From a virus (Duplodnaviria; Caudoviricetes), in IMG/VR virus record IMGVR_UViG_3300049189_000021, positions 1 through 47,401 of that record: a DNA stretch of 47,401 nucleotides; one strand, written 5' to 3'. Position numbers and translations under genes: made by a program. How positions within the stretch are numbered: position 1 is the first letter of the stretch; every line of letters starts with the position of its first letter. This document shows positions 27,143 through 35,654 of this stretch, piece after piece. Under the pieces are notes generated by a model that ran no database searches, was not told where the DNA came from, and saw only the letters and a program-made list of their open reading frames with translations.

Positions 27143-28180
27143 TTACACCTCCGCAATAGCTAGTCCGAAAGCATTAGTTCCGGCCGCGTTAACACCTTCG
27201 TAGAACATATAAAGCTTGTCGTCATGTTCGAATATATTGATATTACGAATTGACTTTTCATCCCAAGCACCAACGCCGCCTACTTTTATAATTTCAAATA
27301 GGCCTGCACCAGGGTAGCGTGGTCCAACGTATGGAGATGCATATACCTTTGGTGTAGAATCACCCGATCCAGACGCCCAAGCATTATCGTTGACGTTAGC
27401 CCAGAATCGACCTCTCCACCAGAATACCTCATTTACACCGATCTTACGGTCTACTCCATCAGTTGCCCATTCTGCACCGGCTCCTACAGGACGTGGATCC
27501 ATCTGCCAAGTTAAGCCATCCTTTGAATAGGATATGCCGCCATGACTGAAGTTAGTTCCACCAAAGGAGTGCTTCATAACCCATAGGTCCCCAATGCGAT
27601 ACACACGTGCATAGCCAGTATGACCATCACCAGGAAGGTCCAAATCAGCTTTAATCAACGGATTGGCTTGAATAGTGAAGTTAACTCCATCATCACTAAG
27701 TGCAAGGCACGTAGCTTGTGTTGGATATACTCCTGTATCACCAGACGCATAGTAGTTCTGGTGGTAGTACATATGGAACTTATCCGTCACTTCATTGTAT
27801 ACTACACATGGTGTTTCTGTTTGCTCACCGAAAGTAGTATCAGTAAAGATGTTACCTCTATCTGTCCAAGGTCCCTCAGGTCTAGGTGCTGTAGCTAACC
27901 CAATACCACCGGCTCCAGTAGAGTGGTCAGAAGAGTAGTATAGGTAGAACTTATCAAGTGCCTCAGCACCCAGTATACCACCAACACTCAATATGCAAGG
28001 GAAGTATATCTCTCCGCCAGCCAACCAAGATGGTCTAGTAAAGAGCGGTGTAGTGCCATACTTCTTGAATACAGGTGCTTCAATCAATTGACGTTTACCC
28101 TTTAAGCTAGGGTCATTACGGGATCTTAACTTGCTTTGTGCTTGTGTAAGCGCGTGTCTTGCTCTTATATCTTTTGACAT
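27143..28180 (-). CDS. Five-bladed beta-propeller glycoside hydrolase-like protein (paralog of 15480-16541)
   Basis: Shared blocks S.DH..G.GGIGL.TAP.P.GPWTDRG, QTETPCV, PGDGHTGYARVYR, KLYMFYEG. Confidence 0.75.
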   Translation of the reverse strand: MSKDIRARHALTQAQSKLRSRNDPSLKGKRQLIEAPVFKKYGTTPLFTRPSWLAGGEIYFPCILSVGGILGAEALDKFYLYYSSDHSTGAGGIGLATAPRPEGPWTDRGNIFTDTTFGEQTETPCVVYNEVTDKFHMYYHQNYYASGDTGVYPTQATCLALSDDGVNFTIQANPLIKADLDLPGDGHTGYARVYRIGDLWVMKHSFGGTNFSHGGISYSKDGLTWQMDPRPVGAGAEWATDGVDRKIGVNEVFWWRGRFWANVNDNAWASGSGDSTPKVYASPYVGPRYPGAGLFEIIKVGGVGAWDEKSIRNINIFEHDDKLYMFYEGVNAAGTNAFGLAIAEV

Positions 28181-28193
28181 TAATTAAACCTCC

Positions 28194-28616
28194 TTATAAT
28201 GGTAGTCGGCGGTAGCGCCCTTGAATAGAGAACATATTGTATTTGCCCTCTTTGATCTTGTTACAAACTTCTTCATCAGGTATATGAAATCCAACCCACC
28301 AGCCTTCAGGCACTGTACCTACAGGGATACCCATTGAAAGCATCTTCTCTTTAGTGAACATTACGCTCTCAATCAAGTGACCGACCACACCACCTTCATG
28401 CATCTCACCTGTAGTACGATGTTTCAACACGAACTGGTAAGCAGCTTTTTCTAGCACAGCCGGTGACATTACATCTCCATCCCAGTCCAACGGTACTGAA
28501 CCGTCAGCTTGCACGGATACGTTAGCCCAGCCGAACACTGTGTGCTTGTCATCTGCCGCTTTGGCGAAGTCGATCATAGTGCCTTGCTCAAGATAGCTCT
28601 GCTTGTACACACTCAT
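28194..28616 (-). CDS. XkdF-like putative prohead serine protease
   Basis: VFGWA, D..GD, LEKAAY.F, GEMH, G.L.ES, GWWVG, IK.G...MFSIQG; start at the ATG after AAAGGAGGTGA. Confidence 0.85.
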   Translation of the reverse strand: MSVYKQSYLEQGTMIDFAKAADDKHTVFGWANVSVQADGSVPLDWDGDVMSPAVLEKAAYQFVLKHRTTGEMHEGGVVGHLIESVMFTKEKMLSMGIPVGTVPEGWWVGFHIPDEEVCNKIKEGKYNMFSIQGRYRRLPL

Positions 28617-28629
28617 TTTATCACCTCCT

Positions 28630-30030
28630 TTAAGTGTTGTGCCCGTCACTCATCTCCAGATCGTTGTCAACAGTGTCATCATCATTCTCTAATGTCTTCT
28701 TGTCATCGACCGGCTTGCCGTCCTCACCTACAGGCTGCACCTCTTCTTTTTCGTTTTGCTTTTCATACACGCTCTCAAATGTTTCTTGATCGAGTATAGG
28801 CAAGCTCGAAATCTTACGAAGATAGTTCTGTAGCTCCATGTCCTTAGAGATGTCCAAGCCCATTGCACGAAGCAATAGCGAGATATCTTTAAGTCCTGGA
28901 GTCTCAATTTGTCCTGGAATGATCTTAGGCAATGCTGTCAAACCTTTCCAGTTATTGAATTGGAATAGTTTAGGTACGGCGTATTTGTTCAGAATGTCAG
29001 AGATGTTATACATTTGAGCCTCTAGAGCTGTAGATAGCAAGGACTGTTTAGTCTCAGCCAAGGCGAATGAACCAGTCTTGTCACCGCCGATAAGGATCAA
29101 ATCGGACAGCATGGTGATTGCAATTCGGTTATCATACCGGTTAATGATGGCATTTGTATCGAACTGACGGGAAGATCCAGTAGATAACAGGCTCAGTTCC
29201 CAACCATGTGGTAGGAGTATACCCTCTTCTGCATCTCTACGTATGCTTTGTACCAGCGCCTCTGCGTTCGCTCTAAGAGCTACCATCTTGTTGTCATCGG
29301 TATTCCAGAGGTCCATACCTTCTGGTGCTGTTAAAACAGGCAAGCCAGCAAGGTCCCGCTCAATACCAATGCCTTCGATTTCTTCGATACGCTTCTTGAA
29401 GTGCCAAGGACGATACGCGTTCCGTAGGAGTGACTTGCTTTCAGGGTTGTCTCTGCTGACACGTGTTCTGAAGAGTAAGCCCCTACTTAGGGGTATTGTG
29501 GTGACCTTATGAAGCTGATCAGCGATCTGTACGAATGCCTTGACGTCACCGTCTTCTGCGAACTCCCACTCATGTAACGTGGCTTGTGAGCGCACCGGCA
29601 TCCTACGCCATCCGATTTTACCATCTGTAAACGCACTACGGAACTTACTGTTCGTTTCATCAGGGCCGCGACGTACCTTGTACACAACCTCATGGAAACT
29701 AAAACCATACTGTAGCATAGAGATTACCTCAGAAACGAAGTCAGCCCAGGAAGTATCCATGTCATGCATGTTACTCTCCAGGAACTCAGCGGCTGCCTTA
29801 TCTGCTTCTGTCTTGCCTCCAGGCTCTACGCACCAGTCAATATTGCGTATCATCATCTCTGCAAGGTACAAGATCGCACCTACAGTTGGGTCATTGTCAC
29901 CCATTTCCTTGTAAACACCAGCTGCACGTGGCCACCGCAGGTTAGGCATGAACTCCTCATAGACGTAACCACCGTACCTACGAAGTCCGGATATACCTAA
30001 CTGCTTGTAGTTAACTGCATCTTTCGTCAA
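28630..30030 (-). CDS. Portal protein (DUF935/Mu gp29-like)
   Basis: Follows TerL; YGFS..E.VY, NP...SLLR.AY..W, E..G.ER.L.G.PV, GSFAL. Confidence 0.88.
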   Translation of the reverse strand: MTKDAVNYKQLGISGLRRYGGYVYEEFMPNLRWPRAAGVYKEMGDNDPTVGAILYLAEMMIRNIDWCVEPGGKTEADKAAAEFLESNMHDMDTSWADFVSEVISMLQYGFSFHEVVYKVRRGPDETNSKFRSAFTDGKIGWRRMPVRSQATLHEWEFAEDGDVKAFVQIADQLHKVTTIPLSRGLLFRTRVSRDNPESKSLLRNAYRPWHFKKRIEEIEGIGIERDLAGLPVLTAPEGMDLWNTDDNKMVALRANAEALVQSIRRDAEEGILLPHGWELSLLSTGSSRQFDTNAIINRYDNRIAITMLSDLILIGGDKTGSFALAETKQSLLSTALEAQMYNISDILNKYAVPKLFQFNNWKGLTALPKIIPGQIETPGLKDISLLLRAMGLDISKDMELQNYLRKISSLPILDQETFESVYEKQNEKEEVQPVGEDGKPVDDKKTLENDDDTVDNDLEMSDGHNT

Positions 30031-30045
30031 CGTAAAACACCTCCA

Positions 30046-31419
30046 TTATGTGATTTTGGACCAATATGAGCCTGATTTCTTACGTAAACTTGATGGTCCC
30101 GACATGATTATTGGCTTCCGGAAGTAGTTAAACGCACCAGAGAATCCATCAATCGTATCATCTTTGACGCCGTAAGGAAACACATCCGCCTCATCGAAGA
30201 AGGCAAGCATGTTTCTACAGCGGCTTGTCATAAAGACTTTGCCCGTTTGGGCTGCTGACGAAGCACCTCGAGCACGTTCAACCTTGGAGCCTGTACTGCG
30301 AACACCTTGGAAGTCATATCCTTGTAATACGTTCCTGGCGTAATGGTCGATAGTAATATCGCCAGAAGAGCCAGGTTCTTGCTCCATTCTAACCGCACAC
30401 GAGTACCCATCCATCTGGGCAGTAAGTTTGACAAGTTCCTCAACCTCCGCTGGTTTCTTTTGCACACGCACAATATCTTCGATCCAATACAATCCCTGAT
30501 ACATTGCAAGCTTAAAACCTACAGTGTAGTCGGGATCTCTCTTATCCTTACTCTTACGCTTGGTAGGGTCAGTAGACGCCATATCCCAGAACCTAACGCG
30601 TTGTACATAGTCCGGCATATCCGACGAAGGTACAAGTGTGAACCAAGTACGGCTCAACATGTCCCCTGCTTCTTTAATTTCCCAGTTACCATTCAACAAT
30701 TGCTCTCTTGTAATAGGATCAAGTTCTTGCAGCGTATCAGCGTACTCCTCAGAATCAAGATGCGGGTTATCATTTAACCCAGCAGACAGGAATACACGCT
30801 TACGCTCCTTGCCTTCTACAAAGAATCTTTGGTAGTAGTACTCTCCGAACTGACCGCCGGGATTGGCAGTTGCTCTGAATCTGAGGGGTACGTTAAGATG
30901 CTTTGGTTTCCGTAAACGAGAGAACAAGTACCTGTAGTTACCAGGTGAGATGTGCGTACACTCATCCATCCCGATAAAGTGGAACTCTGACCCTTGGTAC
31001 CGGTAGCAGTCATTATCTGACTCTAGGTATCCGAAGGACAGCGTAGCACCAGATGGGAATGTAAACTTCTTGTCTTTCTCAGACCACTTGACCTCGCCAG
31101 TCTCTACAAACGGCATGAGCCACTCCTTGGCCATGGAAATCAAGGCGCCAGGTAGTGACAAGTCAGAGTATGTCTTACGAAACAGGATGGCTGAGTACCC
31201 AGGGACATCTACAAACTGTAACGCGGCAGCCAGCTGAAAGACTGACTTGCCTCCGCCCGCTGCACCGCCGTACAGGATCTCCCTGGTGTCGTTCATCAAC
31301 AGCGCCGCAGTCTGCTTGGCCGTCGGTTTGATTGGTATATATTTAGTCAGCCTTGGTGTTAGCAACTTCTGTAGTTGCATCACATCAATGCCGCTCAAGT
31401 CTACTTCATTCTTTGCCAT
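30046..31419 (-). CDS. terL: Terminase large subunit
   Basis: Walker A YGGAAGGGKS, YQG.E...IGMDE, ATANP, DNPHL, nuclease FWDMA and DDTIDG; start at the ATG after GGAGG. Confidence 0.95.
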   Translation of the reverse strand: MAKNEVDLSGIDVMQLQKLLTPRLTKYIPIKPTAKQTAALLMNDTREILYGGAAGGGKSVFQLAAALQFVDVPGYSAILFRKTYSDLSLPGALISMAKEWLMPFVETGEVKWSEKDKKFTFPSGATLSFGYLESDNDCYRYQGSEFHFIGMDECTHISPGNYRYLFSRLRKPKHLNVPLRFRATANPGGQFGEYYYQRFFVEGKERKRVFLSAGLNDNPHLDSEEYADTLQELDPITREQLLNGNWEIKEAGDMLSRTWFTLVPSSDMPDYVQRVRFWDMASTDPTKRKSKDKRDPDYTVGFKLAMYQGLYWIEDIVRVQKKPAEVEELVKLTAQMDGYSCAVRMEQEPGSSGDITIDHYARNVLQGYDFQGVRSTGSKVERARGASSAAQTGKVFMTSRCRNMLAFFDEADVFPYGVKDDTIDGFSGAFNYFRKPIIMSGPSSLRKKSGSYWSKIT

Positions 31420-31868
31420 CGCAATACCGCCTCCAACCTTGTCTCGCTGAAGTACGATTGCTTCCTGAACCAAGTGGCCATGTCACTATCACCCTTAGAG
31501 CAGTTGCAGCGAACACATCCAGGAACGATGTTAACTCGCACTGTAGGTCCACCCTTGCTCACAGGAATCACGTGCTCTTTGGTCATCTTAGTTCTACGCG
31601 ATTGTTTTACAGCGCAGTAGGCACAACCACCTCTGAAGTAAATCATAGCAGCTTTCCAGTCATCAATCGAAAAGGTATCAACCTCACCAGTCCTAGACTT
31701 CGTTGACGAGATGAACTTGCTATGCTTCTTCTTCTTAATGCTTCTGCGGATGTTGTAGCACTCTCTACAATCGGCTCGGTAGGCAGTGCTGCCGTCTTTA
31801 TCCTTGCCGTTACGAGGGAACTCACTCAGCGGCTTATCTACACCACACGCTATGCAACACTTGCTCAT
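31401..31868 (-). CDS. HNH endonuclease with N-terminal Zn finger
   Basis: CAYC, EHVIPVSKGG, NIVPGC..CN.SK; between TerS and TerL. Confidence 0.92.
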   Translation of the reverse strand: MSKCCIACGVDKPLSEFPRNGKDKDGSTAYRADCRECYNIRRSIKKKKHSKFISSTKSRTGEVDTFSIDDWKAAMIYFRGGCAYCAVKQSRRTKMTKEHVIPVSKGGPTVRVNIVPGCVRCNCSKGDSDMATWFRKQSYFSETRLEAVLRWQRMK

Positions 31869-32608
31869 TAGTTGTCATCTCCTTTGACAACGACTTCCGT
31901 TGTTGTAGTCTGCTTTATGCCGAAGTTACTCAGCACCCCAGCAGTCCCGAGAATCTTGATGATTTCCTGCATGTTCTCCGTCTTAACCAAGTCGTTCTTA
32001 ACCTCGGCATTCTCGTCGTCGGAGATGGCTACAGTCTTGTGTTGCTGGCCGATGCGCGCCTTCGTCTCTAACTCTGTAGCTGTCTTCATGAGTGCATTGA
32101 TCTCACGAGGTGTCAGCGACTCAGGGTCGATGCGATTAATCGCCTTGGCTAGCTTTTCATTCAGCGTCTCCGCCATAGTGACGTGTCGCTTATTCATATC
32201 CAGGATCTGTTGCTCTCGCTGAGCCATCGTAATCTCATCGCAGTGCTTGGCCCAGGCTTGCATACGCGCTTGGAAGCCCCAACGTGATCCTACCTTCTTA
32301 ACTACATTAATCGTAGTGAGAAGCTGCTCAGCTACAAGCCTGTACGAGGGCTTAACGCTCGGATACGCGTCTCGGTACGTTAGCCAGATCTGATACTCTC
32401 GATCAGTTTCCTCCGGCTGCCGGTCCCACAGGTTAAGGTCAGCCTCCTTGGCCACATCCATCCAGTTGTAATTCAATTGTCTAAAGTGCGAAACTCTGTT
32501 ATTTTCCGCTTTCATGCACGCGTCGCAGAGATGCGGGTCCGATTTACTGGCCGGCCCTTGCATCGTACATCGCCTACAAGTGATGATTTCGATGATTTCA
32601 TCGGTCAT
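31868..32608 (-). CDS. Putative terminase small subunit
   Basis: First gene of the late operon; W.RQP.E...Y..W..YRD, HTH-like segment, W..R..AW. Confidence 0.7.
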   Translation of the reverse strand: MTDEIIEIITCRRCTMQGPASKSDPHLCDACMKAENNRVSHFRQLNYNWMDVAKEADLNLWDRQPEETDREYQIWLTYRDAYPSVKPSYRLVAEQLLTTINVVKKVGSRWGFQARMQAWAKHCDEITMAQREQQILDMNKRHVTMAETLNEKLAKAINRIDPESLTPREINALMKTATELETKARIGQQHKTVAISDDENAEVKNDLVKTENMQEIIKILGTAGVLSNFGIKQTTTTEVVVKGDDN

Positions 32609-32627
32609 ATTAGCACCCCCTCACTAA

Positions 32628-32659
32628 TATTATACGCAAAAAGGGCAGTGGCCATCGCG
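32628..32659 (-). promoter_or_regulatory. Putative late promoter for the terminase operon
   Basis: CGCGAT-N16-GCGTATAATA (degenerate -35). Confidence 0.55.
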
Positions 32660-32711
32660 CTTTTGGCATCTTTTATGTATCTACAGGATGTTTTTAGTAA
32701 AATTGGTACTT

Positions 32712-32820
32712 TCACGGACTCGTAAACACCCCTAATACGCGTTCGTGATATACATACCCTTATAAATACCTTATATAGGCGTCACGGGCACGTACACCTC
32801 AACCTCGACACGCTGCGGGT
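32712..32820 (-). repeat. Copy B of ~109-bp imperfect inverted repeat (partner 5911-6018)
   Basis: See copy A. Confidence 0.85.
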
Positions 32821-33067
32821 TGTTTTTATTAAAAATATACCCCTAAAAACTCGTTTTTAACGTATTTTTGTGGTAATCTACAGTGTAGTTTGTGCATGAG
32901 ATATGGCTAAAGTTTAGCATCCCTTGCGCCTACGTGTTGTCGGGTCGCTGTTGGCCTGGTATACTTTTGTTCATAATTTTCTGGTAGATAAGGCGGCTTT
33001 CCTGGGAGTCTGGCGTGCTGTAATCTTTGGCTTATTTGTAGTAGTGGGCAGTGACCCAGCTTCCCAG

Positions 33068-33121
33068 GGAGGTAGAATCCCGTTTCCCTACTTACCAAGG
33101 AGGTAGAATCCCGTTTCCCTA
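33068..33121. repeat. Perfect 23-bp direct repeat x2 (GGAGGTAGAATCCCGTTTCCCTA), period 31
   Basis: Copies at 33068-33090 and 33099-33121. Confidence 0.9.
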
Positions 33122-33153
33122 TTTCCGAGCGACTCCGCGCCAGGCGCGGTGGT

Positions 33154-33220
33154 AATGATAATCGTTCTCATTGGCAATTTTTGGCTTTTTACCAATTTTT
33201 ACCATTGATAATGATTATCG
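33154..33220. promoter_or_regulatory. Two Fur-box-like operators
   Basis: AATGATAATCGTTCTCATT (33154-33172) and TGATAATGATTATCG (33206-33220) versus the 7-1-7 consensus TGATAATNATTATCA. Confidence 0.6.
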
Positions 33221-33266
33221 GAACTAGGACTTTTTACCCATTTCAATAAATAGGTCTTTTGACCTA

Positions 33267-33408
33267 TGTGCAAATCAATTGAAATGGATTATAATTATAT
33301 TATAAGATTAATTAAATAAATAAATTAATTAACAAATTAATTTAAATTTAAATTATTTAATTAATTAAGAAAATAACTATTTACAAAGTTCTTAAAATAT
33401 GTTATAAT
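33267..33408 (+). promoter_or_regulatory. Tandem sigmaA-type early promoters separated by an A/T palindrome
   Basis: TGTGCA-N17-TATAAT (33267-33295) and TTTACA-N17-TATAAT with TG (33380-33408). Confidence 0.7.
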
Positions 33409-33519
33409 ATATTTAAGAACAAAACAAAAACAAATCTAAAAAAGTACATTGACAATTGAATAGTAAAAAAGTCTCAGTTAGTCAATGACTAAACTACAAA
33501 GTGAAAAGGATGATTAACA

Positions 33520-34038
33520 ATGTTAAAAGAGATCAGTCAACTAGCAGCCAAATTCGAGAACGATGTAGAAAAGGTGAAGCTAGAGCTTAAAAGGGTCGCG
33601 TCCCTGAAGTGCCGCCTAAAGCCCCAAAAAGCCAAGGCCGGGTACGAAAAGGAAATGGCCGAGATTGTGAAGTACGAACAGGCCCTAAAAGAGGCCCGAG
33701 ACATGATCCTGCCTAAAAAGCAGACTGTTACAACCATGGGGCCTGAAGACATAGCGCTCCTAAACTACGATGAAACTGTAAAGGCAATAAAGTCGATACA
33801 GTCGAAAAAGTGCCTAACACAGTTTGCAACAGCCAACATAGAAGACAACATAGAGTACCAAGCAGCCCTAGTGACTGAGGAACTGTTGAAGGCCCATAAG
33901 GCAACCCTGGGGCCTGTAGAATCTACAGTCGTACAAAAATCTAAGATCAATGATATGATCAAGAATCTAGAAAGTCTTGATGACAAGACAAGCAAGGAAT
34001 ATGTCATAGAACAACTAAAGAGACTTCTAGGGGAATAA
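33520..34038 (+). CDS. Early protein with two helical repeats (paralog family with 38457 and 3608)
   Basis: AAAGGA SD; repeats DVEKVKLELKRVASLKC and NYDETVKAIKSIQSKKC. Confidence 0.8.
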   Translation: MLKEISQLAAKFENDVEKVKLELKRVASLKCRLKPQKAKAGYEKEMAEIVKYEQALKEARDMILPKKQTVTTMGPEDIALLNYDETVKAIKSIQSKKCLTQFATANIEDNIEYQAALVTEELLKAHKATLGPVESTVVQKSKINDMIKNLESLDDKTSKEYVIEQLKRLLGE

Positions 34039-34067
34039 CCCTAGAAGTTCTCGAAAGGGGATTTAAA

Positions 34068-34244
34068 ATGAAGAACTTAACAAGAGAGCAACACAGCCTG
34101 ATGCTGGAACTATGGTCAATGGTCAACAGACTGGATATTGAATGTATGAAGGATGACAACTTCAATGATGAACTGAGCAAGATGGATATCTTCAAGAGAA
34201 GCCTTGATGAGATATGGACGGACATACTAGACAGAGGATTGTAG
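34068..34244 (+). CDS. Small acidic hypothetical protein (58 aa)
   Basis: Below ORF-track cutoff; AAAGGGG SD; MKNLTREQHSLMLELW...DRGL. Confidence 0.7.
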   Translation: MKNLTREQHSLMLELWSMVNRLDIECMKDDNFNDELSKMDIFKRSLDEIWTDILDRGL

Positions 34245-34291
34245 AAACAAGGGGCCTGGAAACGGGCCCAACTACAAAGGAGATGTTGAGA

Positions 34292-34528
34292 ATGATTTGT
34301 ACACAATGCGGAGACCAATACGATGTTGCAGGGCCGCTGCCCTTCTGCGGTAGCGAATGTTATGATGAATACCTGGAAGAGAATCAACCACTTGAAACTC
34401 TGGTAGAACGTCGGAGAGCAGTTAGAAGAACATTAGGATTCGGAACGATCCTGAGCGATAAGACCAGGCAGGAACTTGTAGAACTGGAAGCGAGCCTAAC
34501 GAAAGAAATTGAGGAGGTGAACAAATGA
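34292..34528 (+). CDS. Small Zn-finger protein (CxxC...FCxxxC)
   Basis: AAGGAG SD before ATG 34292; MICTQCG...PFCGSEC. Confidence 0.7.
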   Translation: MICTQCGDQYDVAGPLPFCGSECYDEYLEENQPLETLVERRRAVRRTLGFGTILSDKTRQELVELEASLTKEIEEVNK

Positions 34529-34614
34529 TAGGAATCATCGGAGGAATTATTGCATGCCTGATTGGTTGGTTCTGGGAAGAGTTTAGGAATGCTAAGGAAG
34601 GCCAGGGGGAGTAA
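34525..34614 (+). CDS. 29-aa single-pass membrane peptide
   Basis: GAGGAGGTGA SD, ATGA overlap; MIGIIGGIIACLIGWFWEEFRNAKEGQGE. Confidence 0.65.
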   Translation: MIGIIGGIIACLIGWFWEEFRNAKEGQGE

Positions 34615-34972
34615 CATCCCTCTGGAGTTTTAAATAAGAAATCGGATCTGGGGGGAATGCCTCCTTGCCACGGCACGGCGTGCTTGCTCTTTTTTGAAAG
34701 CGGTTTCACACTGCAGCCGCGACCAGTCCTCATCGCACCACCACCGCACAAAAGCCAGAAGGATACAGTGCTGCAGCTCGCCGCAGAAAAGCCAGTCCAT
34801 ATATATATATAATACTAAAGTAATACTACAGCGCTGTATAATACTAAGGCCGCGGAGCGGCTTGGTCCGTTCTAAGCTGCCTGCAGCCACAACCAGCCCA
34901 TACTGCACCGCGATTGCAGCAGCAAGAAACCTACTACAGTATTGTAGTAGGCTGCAGAAAAGTCTATTGCAG

Positions 34973-35329
34973 TTATACCCAAGCTGTGGTAGGCTTGAAG
35001 TGCCGCGGCAATGGCATGACCATGAGGTCACAGTGCGATGACTGCCCATTATAATCAGCACCGCGTGATGCTCGCACAGCCTGCAGCATTGCCTCAAGCG
35101 TGGCAATCAAATCAACCGCTGCATCATCGCCTGCAATCTCTAGCTGCATTGGTGTCATGTCAGCACTGTCAACAATCAACCCAATGCAGTTTTCATTGTC
35201 ACCCCACTGCAGTGGATTTATCTCACCGCCGCTGTCTTTAGCTTGCTGCAATGCATAGTTTATTATTGCCTCCAAGTGGTCACTGCGCAGTGTAGTTTCT
35301 ACTGTGGTTAGCTGTTGGTTGTTGATCAT
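34973..35329 (-). CDS. Hypothetical early protein
   Basis: AGGAG SD and its own promoter at 35367-35405. Confidence 0.65.
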   Translation of the reverse strand: MINNQQLTTVETTLRSDHLEAIINYALQQAKDSGGEINPLQWGDNENCIGLIVDSADMTPMQLEIAGDDAAVDLIATLEAMLQAVRASRGADYNGQSSHCDLMVMPLPRHFKPTTAWV

Positions 35330-35366
35330 TGTTAATCACTCCTGTTTATTATTTAACTATATATAT

Positions 35367-35405
35367 ATTATATCATACTTCTTAGCAATTGTACATCAGC
35401 AATTT
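35367..35405 (-). promoter_or_regulatory. SigmaA-type early promoter
   Basis: AAATTGCTGA-TGTACA-N17-TATAAT with TG. Confidence 0.75.
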
Positions 35406-35588
35406 ATCTGCTGCGCAGGGCTGCTTGCAGCCATAGCTAGCTTGAACTGAATTGTACCGCGACCCGCGGCCGCAGCCAGCCCGAATCATGCTGCACTACC
35501 CGTAGCTACAATCAGATCAGGATCGTAACTCGCCACACAAAAGCAATCAGTCTGATCCGCATCACCGCCGCGCAGTACGACACGGAAT

Positions 35589-35628
35589 AAATTTGCTAGT
35601 GTACTTCCGCTTAGAAATATGATATAAT
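35589..35628 (+). promoter_or_regulatory. SigmaA-type early promoter
   Basis: AAATTTGCTAG-TGTACT-N17-TATAAT with TG. Confidence 0.75.
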
Positions 35629-35654
35629 TATCTTAGTAAGTAAATAACAACGAA

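Noticed and set aside
3572-32725. Plus-strand ORFs across the minus-strand operons (e.g. 3572-4099, 5270-5896, 17727-18287, 24766-25167, 30343-30777)
   Set aside because: Antisense shadows of genes with recognisable motifs; no SD or domain signal.
34384-35241. ORFs 34384-34617, 34422-34751, 34630-35106, 34694-35041, 35038-35241
   Set aside because: Antisense or overlapping shadows of better-supported genes, or GC-rich spacer without SD.
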